28,509 bases of DNA, taken from Clostridia bacterium. Lineage in GTDB: Bacteria > Bacillota > Clostridia > Christensenellales > CAG-138. The stretch covers positions 1 to 28,509 of the forward strand of contig DATMYG010000189.1 in NCBI GenBank assembly GCA_035561055.1, written 5' to 3'. Each line of letters begins with the position of its first letter. Position 1 is the first letter of the stretch. This document shows positions 8,210 through 16,540 of this stretch, piece after piece. The position numbers and the translations under genes were made by a program. Under the pieces are notes generated by a model. The model was not told the origin of the DNA, ran no database searches, and worked only from the letters and a program-made list of their open reading frames with translations.

Positions 8210-9574
8210 TTACAGCGAATTCACAAGCTCCTTAAATATCCTGCCGCGCTGCTCGAAATCCGTATAGATGCCCCAGCTCGCCGCGGCCGGCGAGAGCAGC
8301 ACCGCGTCCCCGGGTACGCACAGCGCGCGCGCCTCGAGGATCATGTCCATAAGAGGACCGTCGTTGACGGTGATAGGGCGATACCCCGCCTCCCCGGCGG
8401 CTTTCAGGATCGCGGGCACGTTGCAGCCCGAGGCGATCACGTGCTTGATCCTGCCGCCGAAGGCCTGAAAGAGCGGAAGGAAATCGCTCTTTTTATCGTA
8501 GTTCCCCACGCCCAGGAGAAGCACGGTCGGCCGCGTCATGGCTTCCACCGCCTTGATGGTGGAATCCGGGTTGGTTCCCTTTGAGTCGTTGATGTAGGCG
8601 ACGCCGTCGAGTTCGCGCACGAACTCGATCCTGTGCTCCACTCCCGAAAAGCTCCGAAGCCCCGCGCATACGCCCGCAGCTTCGAGTCCCATGCACATCG
8701 CAAGCCCCGCGGCGCACAGCGCGTTCTCGACGTTGTGGCCGCCGGGGATGCGGAGTTCCTTTACGTCGACGAGCTCCGTTTCCTTTCCGTCGAGCCGCCA
8801 GACCATCCGACCCCCGCGCAGGAACATGCCGTTTTCAACCTCCTGCCTACGGGAGAAATACACGACGCGCGCCTTTGTGAGCTTCGCCATGCCGCGCACG
8901 ACCGGGTCGTCGAGGTTGAAGACCGCGAAATCCTCCGCGGTCTGGTTCTCGAAACCGCGGCACTTGGCGGCGATATAGTTCTCCATGCGGTACTGGAAGC
9001 GGTTCAGGTGGTCCTCGCTGATGTTCAGCATGCCGAAAGCGTTTGGCCTGAACGTCTTGATGCTTTCGAGCTGGAGCGCCGCCGTCTCTGCCACGACATA
9101 ATCCCCCGCCCTCGTCTCCAGTGCGTGCTCCGTGATGGGGATGCCGATGTTGCCCAGCACGAACGTGCGCCGACTGCAGGCGCGGAACAGCTCGCCCGTG
9201 AGCGCCGTGGTCGTTGTCTTGCCGTTGGTGCCGCTGATGCAGACGAACTTCGCCCCGCGGTCGCAGTAGCGGTAGCCGAGTTCGATCTCGCCGATGACCT
9301 CGATGCCTCGCGCGCGCGCCGCGTCCGCAAAGGGCGCAAAAATGGGTACCACGGGGCTCAGCACCATCAGATCCGCGCCGTCGAGCACCTCGGACGGATC
9401 CTTCCCCAGCGCGTCGATATAGTCTATGCCCGCGAGCGCCTCGGTTAGACCGTCTATATGCGGCTTCATATCGTTTATCACAACCTCGTAACCGTCGCGC
9501 GCAAGGAGCTTTGCCGAGGAAATGCCGCTGCGCGCCATCCCGATGACGACGGCGCGCTTTCTGCCTTGTTTCAT
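8210..9574 (-). CDS. murD: UDP-MurNAc-L-Ala:D-Glu ligase (454 aa)
   Basis: VIGMARSG, LSPVVP, GEIEL, SGTNGKTTTT, GNIG, NISEDHLNR, HRIEFV, YINDSKGTN, LLSPAAASW and RGRIFK. Confidence 0.97.
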   Translation of the reverse strand: MKQGRKRAVVIGMARSGISSAKLLARDGYEVVINDMKPHIDGLTEALAGIDYIDALGKDPSEVLDGADLMVLSPVVPIFAPFADAARARGIEVIGEIELGYRYCDRGAKFVCISGTNGKTTTTALTGELFRACSRRTFVLGNIGIPITEHALETRAGDYVVAETAALQLESIKTFRPNAFGMLNISEDHLNRFQYRMENYIAAKCRGFENQTAEDFAVFNLDDPVVRGMAKLTKARVVYFSRRQEVENGMFLRGGRMVWRLDGKETELVDVKELRIPGGHNVENALCAAGLAMCMGLEAAGVCAGLRSFSGVEHRIEFVRELDGVAYINDSKGTNPDSTIKAVEAMTRPTVLLLGVGNYDKKSDFLPLFQAFGGRIKHVIASGCNVPAILKAAGEAGYRPITVNDGPLMDMILEARALCVPGDAVLLSPAAASWGIYTDFEQRGRIFKELVNSL

Positions 9575-9600
9575 TGAACCGTCCCTCCGATCTTTCAGGA

Positions 9601-9629
9601 ATTATAACTATGCGCAAAACGCGCGTCAA
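9601..9629 (-). promoter_or_regulatory. Near-consensus sigmaA promoter upstream of murD
   Basis: TTGACG (9629..9624), 17-nt spacer, TATAAT (9606..9601). Confidence 0.85.
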
Positions 9630-9633
9630 GTCG

Positions 9634-9769
9634 AAAAAAGGGGCCGTATGGTGTCTTCAAGGCGTTTGAGGCAAAAGAGCCGCGCTCTGCCTCAAACACC
9701 TTAACCTGCGACGCGTGCCGTGCCAAGCGCCAAAGAACCACGGCTTCGTCTTAGAGCACCAAACGGCCC
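9634..9769 (-). other. Structured intergenic element (three-helix junction followed by U6) after mraY
   Basis: Outer stem 9641-9653/9757-9769 (12 of 13 paired). Hairpin 9659-9702 (15-bp arm with one G-U on the minus strand plus a 4-bp inner stem). Hairpin 9710-9750 (GACG/CGTC and GCCGTG/CACGGC). TTTTTT follows on the minus strand. Confidence 0.6.
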
Positions 9770-9773
9770 AGAT

Positions 9774-10793
9774 TTATACGTATGCCAAAAGGCACAGTAT
9801 ACAAAGGAATACGGTGACGATCATGTACACGGCAACGATGCGCGTCTCGGGAATGCCCATCTGCTCGAAATGGTGATGCAGGGGCGCCATCTTGAACACA
9901 CGCTTGCCGTGGGTAAGCTTGAAGTAGCCGACTTGGATCACCGACGACGCGGCGGAAGCCACGAAGCACGCGCCCATAATCGGGAAGAGCAGCACCGAGC
10001 GGCTGAACACCGAGAGCATCGCAATCGCCCCGCCCAGCGCGAAGGAACCCGTATCCCCCATGAACACCTTCGCGGGGTTCGTGTTAAACCGGAGGAACCC
10101 AAGGCAGCCGCCCGCGACGGCCGCGGCGAAGATGGCCATGGAGTTGAGCTCCGCACTGTACTGCGTCTGGGAGGCCTGTCCCGCGTCGGAGGGAAGCTTC
10201 ATCGCCGCGGACATGTAGAGGTAGATAATGCACAGCGTGAGCGCGACCACAAAGCTTGTCCCGGAAGCAAGGCCGTCCACGCCGTCCGTCAGGTTGACTG
10301 CGTTGACGATGGCGATGACGACAAACATCACAAACGGAATGTAGAAGATACCCAGATCCCATTCCACGTCGAAGAACGCGAGATAGAGTTTCGGCCCGAT
10401 GAAGGGGCTGTTGTATGCGTAGAGCGCGATGATCAGGGCGATGGCGAACTGCGCGATGATCTTCTGATATGCGCGAAGGCCGACGGTATTCTTATATTTG
10501 ACCTTGAGGAAGTCGTCGAGAAATCCCACAAGCGCAAAGCCGACCGTTACGAGCAGCGCCGGAAGCACAAGCTCCGTGGCGTTGAGCGTAAAGGCGAGCG
10601 TTCCTGCGAGTATGCCCGCGATGAACATCATGCCGCCCATGGTGGGCGTGCCCGCCTTCTTGAGGTGGCTCTGGGGACCGTCGCTCCTTTCGCTCTGGCC
10701 GAACTTGAGGCGATGCAGCAACGGGATCAGAACGGGTCCCAGCGCCAGCGTCACCGCGGCCGAAACAAGCAGAGCGAACAGTACGTTTTTCAT
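9774..10793 (-). CDS. mraY: Phospho-MurNAc-pentapeptide transferase (339 aa; ATG 10793)
   Basis: KKAGTPTMGG, VGFLDDFLK, NAVNLTDGVDGLA, FNTNPAKVFMGDTGS and FKMAPLHHHFE. RBS GGAGG 8 nt before the ATG. Confidence 0.98.
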   Translation of the reverse strand: MKNVLFALLVSAAVTLALGPVLIPLLHRLKFGQSERSDGPQSHLKKAGTPTMGGMMFIAGILAGTLAFTLNATELVLPALLVTVGFALVGFLDDFLKVKYKNTVGLRAYQKIIAQFAIALIIALYAYNSPFIGPKLYLAFFDVEWDLGIFYIPFVMFVVIAIVNAVNLTDGVDGLASGTSFVVALTLCIIYLYMSAAMKLPSDAGQASQTQYSAELNSMAIFAAAVAGGCLGFLRFNTNPAKVFMGDTGSFALGGAIAMLSVFSRSVLLFPIMGACFVASAASSVIQVGYFKLTHGKRVFKMAPLHHHFEQMGIPETRIVAVYMIVTVFLCILCLLAYV

Positions 10794-10820
10794 ATGCAAT
10801 CCCTCCCCGCCGCGCGAAGC

Positions 10821-12266
10821 TCAGCGCTTCGCGGGCTCCTTCAACAGCTCGGCGACAATCTCCTTCTCGTCGAAGTGACGTTTGCCGCCCCCAACCTCCT
10901 GGTAGTTCTCATGGCCCTTGCCGGCCAGGAGCACGATGTCGTCCTTCCCGGCGTGCTCGACGGCGTACTTGATGGCGTCGTAGCGGTCCTCGATTACCAC
11001 GTACGCGCAGCCGGATTTCATCACGCCCTCCATGACGGCGTCGATGATCCTATAGGGATCCTCACTGCGCGGATTGTCGCTGGTGACGACGAGGAAGTCG
11101 GAATACCTGCCCGCGATCTCCCCCATAATGGGACGCTTGGCGTGATCCCTGTCCCCGCCGCAGCCGAAGAGCGTAATGATGCGCCCCTTCGCGAAGCCGC
11201 GTATGGTCGTAAGAACGTTCTCGAGCGCGTCCGGCGCGTGCGCATAATCGAGCAGAACCGTAAAATCCCGCCCGTTGGTGGGCAGCGGTTCCAGACGGCC
11301 GGAAACGCTCTTCATCCGCTCAAGGCCGAGCTTGATGTCCTCGTCCTTAAAACCGAGCAGGCTTGCGGCAGCCGCCGCGCCCAGCGCGTTGAACGCGCTG
11401 AACAAGCCGGGGATGGCGATGTTGAGCCGCATGGACCTTCCATGCGCGCGCATGTCGAACTGCACGCCGCGCGGGGTAATGTCGATATCCGAGGCGGAGA
11501 AGTCCGCGTTCTCGCGGATGCCGAAGGTCGTCACCGGAATGCTCAGGCCCTCCGCCATCCTGGCAAAATAGGGGTCGTCCGCGTTGAGCACGGCCCGATG
11601 AGCCTGCGAGAAGAGCTTCTTCTTCGCCGCGAGGTAATTGTCGAACGTTTTATGGTAGTCGAGGTGGTCGTGCGTGAGGTTCGTGAAAACCCCCACGTCG
11701 TAATCGATGCCGTGCACCCTGTGCTGGTCGAGCGAATGGGAGGAAACTTCCATGACGACCAGCTCCACGCCCTCGTCCTTCATCTCGCGCAGGATTCTCT
11801 GCAGATCGACGCTTTCGGGTGTGGTGCGCTCCGTTTCGATCACACGCTCGCCGATGAGGTTGCGAATTGTGCCGATGAGGCCCACCTTGCAGCCCGCCTG
11901 TTCGGCGATGGCCTTGACCATGTAGGTGGTGCTCGTCTTGCCGTTGGTGCCGGTGACGCCCACCATCTTCATTTCCCTGGACGGGTCGCCGTAATACATA
12001 GCGGCCAGCTCCGCCATAGCGACGCGCGTGTTTGGTACCACAAGCTGCGGAAGGTCGATCTCGAGCTGCCGCTCGACCACAAGCGCCGCCGCGCCCGCCT
12101 CCGCCGCCTGAACCGCATAATCATGCCCGTCGAAGAAGGTGCCTACCACGCAGCAGAACAGGTCGCCGCGTTCCACGCGCTTCGAGTTGTACTCGATCTT
12201 TTGAATTTCGGCGTCCCCGGTGAGACGGGCGTAGGCCGTCGCTTTCGCGAGTTGTCTTAATTGCAT
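10821..12266 (-). CDS. murE: UDP-MurNAc-dipeptide:meso-DAP ligase (481 aa)
   Basis: VTGTNGKTST, TTPES, MEVSSH, FTNLTHDHLDYH, DYAH, FGCGGDRD, DNPR (the meso-DAP-specific motif) and LLAGKGHE. Confidence 0.97.
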   Translation of the reverse strand: MQLRQLAKATAYARLTGDAEIQKIEYNSKRVERGDLFCCVVGTFFDGHDYAVQAAEAGAAALVVERQLEIDLPQLVVPNTRVAMAELAAMYYGDPSREMKMVGVTGTNGKTSTTYMVKAIAEQAGCKVGLIGTIRNLIGERVIETERTTPESVDLQRILREMKDEGVELVVMEVSSHSLDQHRVHGIDYDVGVFTNLTHDHLDYHKTFDNYLAAKKKLFSQAHRAVLNADDPYFARMAEGLSIPVTTFGIRENADFSASDIDITPRGVQFDMRAHGRSMRLNIAIPGLFSAFNALGAAAAASLLGFKDEDIKLGLERMKSVSGRLEPLPTNGRDFTVLLDYAHAPDALENVLTTIRGFAKGRIITLFGCGGDRDHAKRPIMGEIAGRYSDFLVVTSDNPRSEDPYRIIDAVMEGVMKSGCAYVVIEDRYDAIKYAVEHAGKDDIVLLAGKGHENYQEVGGGKRHFDEKEIVAELLKEPAKR

Positions 12267-12280
12267 CCTCTTTCCTTTCG

Positions 12281-14419
12281 CTAACCGCCGATGTTCGTAT
12301 CGGAAAATTCCACGAGCACTTCCGTGCCCGGATCAACCTCCACTCCCGCCTCCGGGAACTGACGGATCGCCTTCCCTTGCTGATCCGGCGGATCGATCAA
12401 AATCCTAAGGCCCCGTTCCTCGAGCGCGTCGTGCGCCTCTAGCCGCGTCATGCCGGAGACGTCCGGCACCTTGACCTTGCTGTAACCGTCGTCCGTGTCC
12501 GCGTCGAGCTCCATGACCTCGGTATAGATCAGCACGTTCGAACCCTTCATGACGGTGCTGCCGGCGGCCGGCACCTGCGTAAAGACGCTTTCCGAATCGC
12601 CGCTCTGGAAGGTCGCCTCAAGGCCGATTTCCTCGAGCGCGTCTTTGGCTTCCCTGACGGTCATGCCGGTCAGGTCCGGCACCGTTACGCTCTCGTCGCC
12701 GCCCTCCGGGAGATAGCCCGCGTAGCGCAGTGTTTCCTCAAGCACCTGCTTGACGAACGGCGCCGCCACAGTGCTGCCGAAGATCGTGCCAACCTGCGGT
12801 TCGTCTACGAGGATCAGGCACACGAACTGGGGATCGTCCGCCGGGGCGAAGCCGATGAACGAGGCGATGAGCTTGCCTTGGGCGATTTTGCCGTCCTCGC
12901 CGTACTTCTGCGCCGTTCCGGTCTTGCCGCCCACGCGGTAGCCCGGGATTGCGGCGTTCTTGCCGCTGCCGCTCTTTACGACCTGCTCGCCAATCTCGCG
13001 GATGAGCGCGGAGGTTTCCTCACTAATGACCCTTCGGATCACGACCGGGTCGTTGTCGACGATCAAGGTGCCGTCCGTGGCTGTAACCCGATCGACGATG
13101 TATGGCTGCATCAAAAGCCCGCCGTTGATCTCGGCGCACACCGCAGTACAGAGCTGAAGGGGCGTCACCGCGATGCTCTGGCCGAAGCCGATGCGCGCGA
13201 GCGTCGCATCCTTGACGTACTTCTGGTTCATGACGATCCCGCCGGATTCCCCGGGGATGCCGCTGTTGGTCGTGGAACCGAAGCCGAAGGAGTAAATGTA
13301 ATCGTAGAACGTCTCCGCCCCCATTGCGACCGCCATATTGACGAACGCCACGTTGCAGGAGCTTTCCACCGCCTGCATGAGCGAGATGGAGCCGTGCCCG
13401 CCGCTCTTCCAGCAGCGGATCCTGTCCCCGCCGATGTAGACGTACCCGGGACAGTAAAAGCCCGAACCGGTCGTGACCGTGTGGCTGTCGAGCGCCGAAG
13501 CAAGAGTAACGAGCTTGAACGTGGAACCCGGCTCGTACGCATCCGTCGCGACGCGGTTGCGCATCAATGAGTTGAGAAGGTCCATGTCGTCGCGCGGGGG
13601 CTCGTTTGGGTCGAGATCGGGCTGTGTGGTGAGGGCGAGCAATTCGCCTGTTTTGCAGTTCATTATTATGCCCTGAACCGCGACCGCTTTATTGACCGCC
13701 AGCGCTTCCGCGCACGCCTTTTCCAGCATTCCCTGGATAACTGCGTTTACGGTAAGCGTCACGTCGTACCCGTCGGTCGCGGGAATGATTTCCTGCACGC
13801 CGTACGCGAGCGGGTTCCCTTTGCGGTCCGTCTCGGTAATCATCTCGCCGTCCTTGCCCGCGAGATACTCGTTGAGCTTCTGCTCGAGCCCGGCTTGGCC
13901 GACGCCGTCCACCGTTGTAAAGCCCAGAAGCTGCGAGAACAGCCTGCCGTTCGTGTAATACCTCTTGGTGTCGATCGCCGTACCGACGCCCTTGCCGAGC
14001 TTTAACGCGTCGATCGTTTCCACGGTCTCGCGCTCCACCTGCCGGGCGAGGATAATTTCCTGCTTGCTCGTATCGCTGACCTTGGCGAGCACCCTTGCGT
14101 AATCGAGCCCCAAAAGCTTCGCAAGCTCCGTCGCCACGCGCTCGCGTTCCGCGGCCTTGATGCTGTTCGGCCAGAGAACCACCTTGTAGGCGGTGCCGTT
14201 TCTCGCGAGCACCACGCCGGTTGCGTCAAGTATCATGCCGCGCGCCGCGCTCAGGGTCGTATCCTTGGTCTGCTGGGACTCCGCCCTCTCCTCGAGTTCG
14301 TCGCCTTGGAAGAGCTGGATGCCCGCGAGCCTGCCGATAAGCAGCAGGTAGATGCATCCCATGATGATCAGCGCCGCGAAGAGCCTTTTTTTATTCAGAA
14401 CGCCGGGTGTTCCCATCAT
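12281..14419 (-). CDS. spoVD: Class B penicillin-binding protein SpoVD/FtsI with two C-terminal PASTA domains (712 aa; ATG 14416 also possible)
   Basis: N-terminal TM, AARGMILD, KRYY, GLEQ, SxxK in YEPGSTFK, SxN in ESSCN, KTGTAQ, and two VPD(L/V).G.T...A...L PASTA repeats. Located between ftsL and murE. Confidence 0.88.
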   Translation of the reverse strand: MMGTPGVLNKKRLFAALIIMGCIYLLLIGRLAGIQLFQGDELEERAESQQTKDTTLSAARGMILDATGVVLARNGTAYKVVLWPNSIKAAERERVATELAKLLGLDYARVLAKVSDTSKQEIILARQVERETVETIDALKLGKGVGTAIDTKRYYTNGRLFSQLLGFTTVDGVGQAGLEQKLNEYLAGKDGEMITETDRKGNPLAYGVQEIIPATDGYDVTLTVNAVIQGMLEKACAEALAVNKAVAVQGIIMNCKTGELLALTTQPDLDPNEPPRDDMDLLNSLMRNRVATDAYEPGSTFKLVTLASALDSHTVTTGSGFYCPGYVYIGGDRIRCWKSGGHGSISLMQAVESSCNVAFVNMAVAMGAETFYDYIYSFGFGSTTNSGIPGESGGIVMNQKYVKDATLARIGFGQSIAVTPLQLCTAVCAEINGGLLMQPYIVDRVTATDGTLIVDNDPVVIRRVISEETSALIREIGEQVVKSGSGKNAAIPGYRVGGKTGTAQKYGEDGKIAQGKLIASFIGFAPADDPQFVCLILVDEPQVGTIFGSTVAAPFVKQVLEETLRYAGYLPEGGDESVTVPDLTGMTVREAKDALEEIGLEATFQSGDSESVFTQVPAAGSTVMKGSNVLIYTEVMELDADTDDGYSKVKVPDVSGMTRLEAHDALEERGLRILIDPPDQQGKAIRQFPEAGVEVDPGTEVLVEFSDTNIGG

Positions 14420-14436
14420 TCCCTCCCAGACGGCGT

Positions 14437-14925
14437 TCAGTTCCCGCCATCCGCGCCGTCGACCTCCATGATTTGCTCCGCGGCGGGGTAATCAAGTCCC
14501 GCCGCAAGCGCGGTATCCTTCGCGTCGGCGAGGTCCTCCGCCTCGTCGAGCTGCACCTCGAGCTGCGTAATCCTGCGTTCGCTCTCCACGATGCTCGCCT
14601 GCAGCGCGTTTACCTCGGTCCACGCGGCAGTGATGGTCGCATAGCGCACGATCATGTATATGAGCACCGCGGCCGTGATGAACACCGCCGACACGCTCAT
14701 AAGCTTGGGCATGAAGCGCCGCTTGCGCTTTGCCGCGGGGGACGGCTCGCGGTTGACGCGGGTCTGGTGGCCGGGATGCGTCCTTTTCGCGGGCTGCCGC
14801 GGCGCACGCGCCGGGCTTTGCTGTGGCTCGTATTCGGGCAGTTCTTCGGCGAGCGCGGCGCGCGAATACGAATACACCCTAGAAGGCGCGTATGCGTATT
14901 TGCTTTTCGTCGCGGTTGCCGCCAT
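14437..14925 (-). CDS. ftsL: FtsL-like cell division protein (162 aa)
   Basis: Basic cytoplasmic stretch, one TM (SVSAVFITAAVLIYMIV), heptad coiled coil, C-terminal A...GLDYP motif, and position between rsmH and the PBP gene. Confidence 0.75.
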   Translation of the reverse strand: MAATATKSKYAYAPSRVYSYSRAALAEELPEYEPQQSPARAPRQPAKRTHPGHQTRVNREPSPAAKRKRRFMPKLMSVSAVFITAAVLIYMIVRYATITAAWTEVNALQASIVESERRITQLEVQLDEAEDLADAKDTALAAGLDYPAAEQIMEVDGADGGN

Positions 14926-14956
14926 TGTTATTCTATGCCGCCCTTCCGGTTTTTAC

Positions 14957-15895
14957 TTATAACTTCTCGATCGCGCGGAGCTTTGCGCTCCTCGATCGCG
15001 GGTTGGATTCGATTTCTTCCCCGCCCGGCGTTACGGGCTTTTTGGTGAGGACGCGCGCCGTGGGCTTTTTGCCGCAGGTGCAGATGGGCGCGTGAGGGTC
15101 GCAGGTGCAGGGGTTTTCGAACCTGCGAAACGTTTGCTTTACGATGCGGTCCTCCAGCGAGTGGAAAGTGATCACCGCCAGCACGCCGCCGCTTGCGAGC
15201 AGATCGTGCGCGGCCTCCAAGGCTTTGCCCAGCCCTTCCAACTCCCCGTTTACCTCGATGCGGATCGCCTGAAAGGTGCGTTTGGCCGGGTGCTGCGCCT
15301 CCCGCCGCGCCGCCGTCGGCATCGCCGCGCGGATGATGTCGGCAAGTTCCACGGTGTTCCGGATTGGCCGCTTTTGCCTTTCCCTCTCGATCGCCCCGGC
15401 GATGCGCGAGGCGTACCGTTCCTCCCCGTAGTCCCGGATGAGGCGAAAAAGTTCATCCCGCGGGTATCCGTTGACTACGTCGAAAGCGGAGAGCTTCGCG
15501 TCCGCGTCCATCCTCATATCGAGCGGCGCGACCTCGCTGTAGGAAAAGCCCCTCTCAGCGGCGTCGAGTTGGAAGCTGGACACACCAAGATCGAGCAGGA
15601 TGCCGTCCGTATGCTCTACGCCGCGCGCGCCGAGCAGCTCCTTCATATTAAAAAAGTTGCCCCTCACGGCCGCGAAACGATTGTCAAAGCGCGAGAGTCT
15701 CTCGCTTGCCGCCGCGATGGCGTCCCCGTCGCGGTCGATCCCATAGAGCCTGCCGTGTGCGGGGAGCCTCTCGAGCACTGCTTCGGCATGACCTCCGCCG
15801 CCGAGCGTACCGTCCACAAAGACCCCGCCGCGCTCCGGCCGAAGGAGCGAGAGCGCCTCGTCCACCATGATCGGCACATGAACAAAGCGCGTCAT
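14957..15895 (-). CDS. rsmH: 16S rRNA m4C1402 methyltransferase (312 aa; start re-assigned to ATG 15895)
   Basis: HVPIM, VDGTLGGGGH, GIDRD, LLDLGVSSFQLD, RGFS, PLDMRMD, HPAKRTFQAIRIEVN, ITFHSLEDRIVK and NPRSRSAKLR. ATGA overlap with mraZ. Confidence 0.98.
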   Translation of the reverse strand: MTRFVHVPIMVDEALSLLRPERGGVFVDGTLGGGGHAEAVLERLPAHGRLYGIDRDGDAIAAASERLSRFDNRFAAVRGNFFNMKELLGARGVEHTDGILLDLGVSSFQLDAAERGFSYSEVAPLDMRMDADAKLSAFDVVNGYPRDELFRLIRDYGEERYASRIAGAIERERQKRPIRNTVELADIIRAAMPTAARREAQHPAKRTFQAIRIEVNGELEGLGKALEAAHDLLASGGVLAVITFHSLEDRIVKQTFRRFENPCTCDPHAPICTCGKKPTARVLTKKPVTPGGEEIESNPRSRSAKLRAIEKL

Positions 15896-16338
15896 ATGCC
15901 AAGCCCCGCCAGGTGCGCAAGCACCTCGTCGTCCACATCCTCGTCGGAATTGAGGAGCGTCTGCCAACGGGCCCTGTCCCAGATTTCGATGCGCGCGCCC
16001 ATGCCGATGAGCGTGACGTCCCTGTCGATACCCGCCTGCTCGCGGAGCTGGTTGGTGACGAGGATGCGCCCCTGCTTGTCCAATTCACACTCACACGCCA
16101 TGGCAAAGGTCTTTCTCAGGGCGTTTTGGGTTACAACATCGGCAAGGGCGACGTTCCTGAACTTTTCAAGGAGAGTTTCCCAGCGCGCGATCGACATGCC
16201 GAAGAGGCACCTGTGATCGCCCTTGCCCGTGAGGCCACGGGTTACGATCATGGTGCTTCCCAAATCGTCGCGCCACTTGGCCGGGATGAAGAGCCGGCCC
16301 TTGGCGTCCACGGTATGCTCATACGAATTGATCAGCAT
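15892..16338 (-). CDS. mraZ: Transcriptional regulator MraZ (148 aa; ATG 16338)
   Basis: Two DxKGR/DxxGR motifs (VDAKGRLFIPAKWR, LDKQGRILV) and LIGMGARIEIWD. RBS GGAGG. Confidence 0.96.
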   Translation of the reverse strand: MLINSYEHTVDAKGRLFIPAKWRDDLGSTMIVTRGLTGKGDHRCLFGMSIARWETLLEKFRNVALADVVTQNALRKTFAMACECELDKQGRILVTNQLREQAGIDRDVTLIGMGARIEIWDRARWQTLLNSDEDVDDEVLAHLAGLGI

Positions 16339-16400
16339 TGCGTCCGCCTCCAAGAATACGCGACGGGGTAAATGCTCCCCTTCCCCCGTCCGTTACCGGT

Positions 16401-16444
16401 ATTATACACCACTTCAATACACTTGTCACCACTTTTATGAACTT
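16401..16444 (-). promoter_or_regulatory. dcw (mraZ) promoter overlapped by 10-bp-phased MraZ-binding repeats
   Basis: GTGACA (16429..16424), 17-nt spacer, TATAAT (16406..16401). Plus-strand ccactt 16409, acactt 16419, ccactt 16429 and gaactt 16439, i.e. AAGTGG-like units exactly 10 nt apart. Confidence 0.82.
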
Positions 16445-16491
16445 TTTTAGCCTAAATCCTGACGTTTTGACCGTTTTTTTTTAAAAAATAT

Positions 16492-16521
16492 GAAAGAAAG
16501 CCCCCCGGTATTCCGGAGGGC
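16492..16521 (-). terminator. Intrinsic terminator after the metallophosphoesterase gene
   Basis: Minus strand GCCCTCCGG-AATA-CCGGGGGGC-TTTCTTTC. Confidence 0.8.
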
Positions 16522-16540
16522 AGAAAACGCGATTTTCGTG

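Noticed and set aside
9720-12260. 846-aa plus-strand ORF antisense to mraY/murE
   Set aside because: It mirrors real genes on the opposite strand, has no recognisable motifs, and has no RBS. Long stop-free antisense frames are expected from high-GC codon usage.
16362-16390. GACGGGG/CCCCGTC hairpin in the mraZ 5' UTR
   Set aside because: Only 7 bp, with a large loop and no U-tract, and it does not cover the RBS. Insufficient evidence for a function.
16474-16488. T9A6 homopolymer upstream of the mraZ promoter as a phase-variation tract
   Set aside because: It lies outside the -35/-10 spacer and any CDS; an ordinary AT-rich upstream sequence explains it.
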